DNA from: Bacteroidetes bacterium UBA2364 | Lineage (GTDB): Bacteria > Bacteroidota > Rhodothermia > Rhodothermales > UBA2364 | Direction: 5' to 3' | Length of the DNA stretch: 64,000 nucleotides | NCBI GenBank assembly: GCA_002344075.1 | Contig: DDTM01000001.1 | Span: forward strand, 2,529-66,528 | Shown: piece after piece, positions 60,035-64,000 of the stretch | Layout: the number at the start of each line of letters is the position of its first letter | How positions within the stretch are numbered: the first letter of the stretch is position 1 | Made by a program: the position numbers and the translations under genes | The notes under the pieces: generated by a model | Seen by the model: only the letters and a program-made list of their open reading frames with translations | Databases searched by the model: none | What the model was told of the DNA's origin: nothing

Positions 60035-60958
60035 TTAATGTACTAAGAATTCGCTTAAAATTTGACCTGGTTTGGCTTTTGAAGTTAATTCACGTGCTTT
60101 GTCTATTGCTTCTCCCAAAATTGTAAGTCGGTTTTGGCCATAAATGGGTACATTAGCAATCCATACAGCCCCCCACGAGATTCCGCCACGCAACACTATA
60201 ACGGGTCGCAGACCACTTTTTGCATCAAAATAGGTAGGGATAGAAAGCATCAAAGCAAGCAGTTTCTCGGTAAGTTCACCTACCACTTCCTGCAAATCTT
60301 TATCTGTAGGAATGATCCCTAATATGGCCTGAAAACCGGAAGCAGCAACAAAAATTGGCCACGCCAAGGCTTCACCGAGAAGTTTCTCGATCTGTTGAAG
60401 CAAGACCCCAATCTCTGCAAAAGCCACTTGTATGGTTTCTGGATCTTTTACGGCAACATCAAGATCAAACACCACTTCCAGCACCACAACTTGCGCTTGG
60501 GAACCTTCCCTATAGCGATAAATCAACTCTTGTTGCAAGGTACTGGCCATCCGTCCATGACCGTTTATTCGGAGTTTTCCAAGATTTTGCTTGATCAACT
60601 GGAGTTCATTTGCCTGCTGAAACAATTGTTGTTTCTCGATGTGTTGCAACGTAACATCTACAAAGACCACCCAATCCCCGTCCAGTTCATGAAAAAAGTG
60701 TGCATCTGCAATGCGACCATTCTTCATGTGTACATCCGGAACAAGAAAAGACTCTCCATTCAGCGGCAACAGTCCCACCAAAAGGGGTACCATCTCAAGA
60801 ATGGTGTTTGGTAATGGTTCCGGAATACCCAAGTTGAACCAATCTCCACCAACCAAAACGATATTTCCTACAGGATCGGCCTGCACAAACGCTGGCCGGA
60901 ACCGTTCGATGGAAATAGACTCCAGATAGGTTTTAACGGAGACAGGAAGCAGGTTCAT
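60035..60958 (-). CDS. Signalling protein: N-terminal alpha/beta sensor-like (possibly Roadblock/PAS-like) domain, a coiled coil, and a degenerate class-III nucleotide-cyclase-homology domain
   Basis: The C-terminal half follows the cyclase-homology pattern (VVVLEVVFDLDV..., ...LRGGISWGAVWIANVPIYGQNRLTILGEAIDKARELTSKAKPGQIL). It lacks the canonical GD metal ligand and the Asn of VNxAxR. Its ATG overlaps the GTPase stop (ATGA). Confidence 0.5.
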   Translation of the reverse strand: MNLLPVSVKTYLESISIERFRPAFVQADPVGNIVLVGGDWFNLGIPEPLPNTILEMVPLLVGLLPLNGESFLVPDVHMKNGRIADAHFFHELDGDWVVFVDVTLQHIEKQQLFQQANELQLIKQNLGKLRINGHGRMASTLQQELIYRYREGSQAQVVVLEVVFDLDVAVKDPETIQVAFAEIGVLLQQIEKLLGEALAWPIFVAASGFQAILGIIPTDKDLQEVVGELTEKLLALMLSIPTYFDAKSGLRPVIVLRGGISWGAVWIANVPIYGQNRLTILGEAIDKARELTSKAKPGQILSEFLVH

Positions 60959-61458
60959 GGGGTCTCTTTGAGCATCCGTTCAGTCAGTAGTTCAAATATC
61001 TCGGCCACTCCTTCGCCCGTGAGCGCACTGGTTTTTTTGATCAACCACCCTTTCGATAAAAAGCCTTCTATCTGCTCTTCGGAAAGTTGCCACTCGCCCG
61101 CGAGGTCGGCTTTGTTAAGTACCAAAATAAACGGAACCGGCCCAAACGTCGCTTCGGTATTGCGCTGCAAAGCAAGCGCACGATCTAATGTAATCTTTCG
61201 CGTACCATCGGCAACCAAAATATATCCAGACATCCCCCTTAAGTACGAGAGGCGCAACTTTTGAAACTCGTCTTCTCCATGCAAATCCCAAAGCATCAGA
61301 TTGACCTCGGTTTCACCCTGTTTTACGAGACGCTTATCTACTTTCACCCCAACCGTTGTCAGGTATTCCTCCGAGAAGATACTGTTCACAAACCTTTTAA
61401 CAAGACTGGTTTTACCGACGGCAAATGAACCGAGCATGCAAACCTTTTTTTGGATCAT
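60955..61458 (-). CDS. Ras/Rab-like small GTPase (prokaryotic Ras superfamily)
   Basis: G1 GSFAVGKTS, switch I YLTTVGV, G3 WDLHGEDEF, G4 LNKAD, G5 TSALTGEGV. About 167 aa from MIQKKVCMLG. The track's upstream extension to 61614 has no GTPase homology. Confidence 0.8.
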   Translation of the reverse strand: MIQKKVCMLGSFAVGKTSLVKRFVNSIFSEEYLTTVGVKVDKRLVKQGETEVNLMLWDLHGEDEFQKLRLSYLRGMSGYILVADGTRKITLDRALALQRNTEATFGPVPFILVLNKADLAGEWQLSEEQIEGFLSKGWLIKKTSALTGEGVAEIFELLTERMLKETP

Positions 61459-61696
61459 ATTACTTTTCAAGCTAAAGATGAACGGGTAATCAATACCCCA
61501 TATAAACCGTTGCAAGAAAGACCTGCTCCGCTTTATAGGAATATAGGGGCAGGCAGGGTGGTTTGCAAATCCGAAACATGCCTTAGAAGACCCTGTTAAT
61601 GCAAGAAAGTTCACGCGCCCTTGATTGGAAATTCGGAAGCATGACCCTAACTTTTCATTTTCAATATAGCTTGTTTCATTTCAACGATTTAACCTT

Positions 61697-63127
61697 ATGG
61701 CTCAGAACAAATACGACGTTGTGGTCATCGGATCGGGTCCGGGCGGCTACGAATGTGCCATCCGGGCTTCCCAACTAGGACTTAAGACCGCCATTATCGA
61801 AAAGAACAAACTTGGCGGTGTTTGTCTAAATGTGGGCTGTATTCCCACCAAGGCCCTTTTAAAATCTGCCGAAGTACTGGATTATACCAAACATATGGCT
61901 GATTTTGGCATCGAATTTTCGGGAACAATTGGGATTAACTTCCCGAAAGTGATTGCACGTAGCCGAGGTGTGGCAGATAAGATGAACAAAGGCGTCGAGT
62001 TTCTGATGAAAAAGAATAAAATTGACGTTTTATATGGCCATGGAACCATCGAGGCTCCGGGAAAAGTCTCTATTGCGCCGTCAGTCAACATGGACGGTAA
62101 AGAACAAGGTACAACTCAAACCATAGAGGCGGCACACACCATCATTGCCACGGGCGCAAGAACCCGCATCCTACCCAACCTTCCGATAGACGGGACAAAA
62201 ATTATCGGTTCCACGGAGGCACTTATTCAAACCGAGCAACCCAAAAAAATGCTGATTGTGGGCGCTGGTGCCATCGGCGTGGAGTTTGCATACTTTTACA
62301 ACCAAATGGGGACCGAGGTTACCATTGTGGAAATGATGGACCGTCTTGTACCGATCGAAGATGCCGAGGTGTCTAAGGAATTGGAGCGAAACTTCAAGAA
62401 ACAAGGAATTGGAATTCTAACCGGATCGGTAGTGGAGTCGGTGGATACAAGTGGTGTAGGCTGTAAAGTACACGTCAAAACCAAAAAAGGTGTAGAGGTT
62501 TTAGAGGTGGATCAGGTGCTTTCGGCAGTTGGTGTGCAACCCAATACCGAAAATCTGGGTTTAGAAAAATTAGGAATTCAAATGGATCGTGGCTGGATTG
62601 TTGCCCGACGCGACGACGCATCTTATGCCACGAATGTACCCGGTATTTATGCCATTGGCGATATTAATGGACCACCGTGGTTGGCACACGCGGCCTCGCA
62701 CGAAGGGGTTTTATGTGTAGAAAAGATTGCAGGCCATCATCCGGAAACGTTTGATTACGGCAATGTGCCCGGATGTACATATTGTCAACCCCAAATTGCC
62801 TCGGTCGGATTCACCGAGGCCAAGGCCAAAGAGGCCGGATATGAGGTAAAAGTAGGTAAATTTCCATTTACCGCTTCCGGAAAGGCATCGGCCATTGGAC
62901 ACAACGAAGGTTTTGTCAAAATTATTTTTGATGCCAAATATGGCGAGATTTTAGGCTGCCATATCATTGGGGTGGATGCTACCGAGATGATTGCCGAAAT
63001 TGTTACTGCTCGCAAGGCAGAAGCCACCTATCACGAGGTTCAGGAAGCGGTACATCCTCACCCCACGCTTTCCGAAGCCATTATGGAAGCCGCACGTGCG
63101 GCATATGGTCACGCCATCAATATGTGA
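61697..63127 (+). CDS. lpdA: Dihydrolipoyl dehydrogenase (E3)
   Basis: FAD motif VVIGSGPGGY, redox disulfide GGVCLNVGCIPTK, NAD motif GAGAIGVE, and the C-terminal HPHPTLSE. Confidence 0.95.
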   Translation: MAQNKYDVVVIGSGPGGYECAIRASQLGLKTAIIEKNKLGGVCLNVGCIPTKALLKSAEVLDYTKHMADFGIEFSGTIGINFPKVIARSRGVADKMNKGVEFLMKKNKIDVLYGHGTIEAPGKVSIAPSVNMDGKEQGTTQTIEAAHTIIATGARTRILPNLPIDGTKIIGSTEALIQTEQPKKMLIVGAGAIGVEFAYFYNQMGTEVTIVEMMDRLVPIEDAEVSKELERNFKKQGIGILTGSVVESVDTSGVGCKVHVKTKKGVEVLEVDQVLSAVGVQPNTENLGLEKLGIQMDRGWIVARRDDASYATNVPGIYAIGDINGPPWLAHAASHEGVLCVEKIAGHHPETFDYGNVPGCTYCQPQIASVGFTEAKAKEAGYEVKVGKFPFTASGKASAIGHNEGFVKIIFDAKYGEILGCHIIGVDATEMIAEIVTARKAEATYHEVQEAVHPHPTLSEAIMEAARAAYGHAINM

Positions 63128-63145
63128 TCTAAAAAAACAGCAAAA

Positions 63146-63180
63146 AAGCGTCATCGGGCCTCTGGTGGCGCTTTTTTCTC
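63146..63180 (+). terminator. Probable terminator of lpdA
   Basis: GCGTCATCgggcctctGGTGGCGC (two G-U pairs) followed by TTTTTTCTC. Confidence 0.5.
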
Positions 63181-63344
63181 TCTTATGCCAACACCACACT
63201 CGATGGCATTATGAAAAGTTTTTCATAACTTTGGGAATTGCGCCCTACGACAGGTCTGCAAAACGCAAAAGAAGCAACCCTCCTTTGCACTAGCATCTAG
63301 ACACCCCTTACATCAAGGGAATCTATCTATCGTTTTTTAACATT

Positions 63345-63656
63345 ATGCAACAAACCATCCGAATCCTGCTTTTATCGCTTCTCCCTCTGCTTTTCCTTCA
63401 GGGATGTAAAACCACGCAGTATGTGGGTATGCTGGAGGCAGTCGGAAATGAACCTTTTTCGGAGTGGATTCTGCGTACCGAAGATGGTAACGTGATTCAA
63501 CTACTGTTGGATGAAACCACGAGACCAACCCTGCAAAAATATCACGGACAATTGGTGCGGGTTCGGGGTCAAAAAGGAAAAGGGGTTTTATTTCAGAAGC
63601 CCGTCACCACCCTACGACTGAAATGCAGCAAAAAAGATCGGAACGCACCAGAATAA
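63345..63656 (+). CDS. Small hypothetical lipoprotein
   Basis: MQQTIRILLLSLLPLLFLQGCKT lipobox. No family recognised. Confidence 0.5.
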   Translation: MQQTIRILLLSLLPLLFLQGCKTTQYVGMLEAVGNEPFSEWILRTEDGNVIQLLLDETTRPTLQKYHGQLVRVRGQKGKGVLFQKPVTTLRLKCSKKDRNAPE

Positions 63657-63721
63657 ATCGTGTGCTTCCTTTGTATATTGCGCCTCCACCATTTTTCTAT
63701 TAACCTGAACCCTGCAATTTT

Positions 63722-64000
63722 ATGGATTTTGCAATGCACCTTTTGCGCGGGCTGCTTGGTGTTGTCACCATTCTCGCGATTGGATACGCCTTTTCATCGA
63801 ACCGCAAAGCCATTAACTGGCGCTTGGTGGGAATTGGTCTGGGGTTACAACTGGCCTTTGCCATTCTGATTATAAAAAGAACACCGGTCTATTATTTCTT
63901 CGAATTAGTCGGACAAATGTTCACGCGGTTGTTATCTTATACGGCGGCTGGTGCCGATTTTGTCTTCGGTCCACTCTCTAAAGCGGATGGCGTCGGGTTC
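63722..64000 (+). CDS. NupC/CNT-family nucleoside transporter, N-terminal part (runs off the window end)
   Basis: Absent from the ORF track because it is open-ended. The frame from the ATG at 63722 gives MDFAMHLLRGLLGVVTILAIGYAFSSNRKAINWRLVGIGLGLQLAFAILIIK..., the conserved CNT N-terminus (S.NR..I.WR.V..GL.LQ). The competing track ORF 63660-63869 is rejected. Confidence 0.75.
   Translation, partial: MDFAMHLLRGLLGVVTILAIGYAFSSNRKAINWRLVGIGLGLQLAFAILIIKRTPVYYFFELVGQMFTRLLSYTAAGADFVFGPLSKADGVGF

Noticed and set aside
63660-63869. A 69-aa track ORF (MCFLCILRLHH...).
   Set aside because: It overlaps the much better supported open-ended NupC-like reading frame that starts at 63722.
1-64000. A search by eye for CRISPR arrays, IS elements or transposases, prophage genes, toxin-antitoxin pairs, known defence genes and rRNA.
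   Set aside because: I found no regularly spaced direct repeats, no transposase, integrase or recombinase-like translations, and no nuclease/ATPase pairs typical of defence systems. Absence cannot be proven without computational repeat and HMM scans.

Overview
Gene-dense chromosomal segment with about 60 protein genes, one tRNA-Leu, and no rRNA, CRISPR array, transposase, integrase or phage genes that I could recognise. Gene content points to an FCB-group bacterium (Bacteroidota/Rhodothermota/Balneolota-like): CarboxypepD_reg-type TonB-dependent receptors, a DUF4249 partner lipoprotein, many lipoproteins, and clear GGAGG Shine-Dalgarno sites. Most of the window is housekeeping: serA, engB, sucD, fbaB, mtaB, cca, aroE, psd-pssA, purS, clpS, rlpA, rsfS and lpdA. 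There is also a YdcSTUV/PatD-type polyamine/aminobutyraldehyde ABC operon. The loci most worth a second look are: (1) a minus-strand operon at 58.0-61.5 kb encoding a Ras/Rab-like small GTPase, a degenerate nucleotide-cyclase-homology protein, an orphan soluble histidine kinase and a SAM methyltransferase; (2) an FhaA-like / SEDS::class-B-PBP fusion (1221 aa) / FhaA-like cell-wall module at 42.9-48.6 kb with no Ser/Thr kinase or phosphatase nearby; (3) a BlaI/BlaR1-like module with twin palindromic operators, a divergent Tat-secreted MBL-fold hydrolase, and a BlaR1-like gene split by one in-frame TAA; (4) a 762-aa alpha/beta-hydrolase fused to a polytopic membrane domain; (5) a NarL-type two-component pair whose regulator seems to carry a ~100-aa insertion inside its LuxR-type HTH; (6) a probable zinc-limitation islet (COG0523 GTPase, DUF3299-like, His/Cys-rich protein). 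All functional calls rest on motif and family recognition by eye from the translations. No database search was run.
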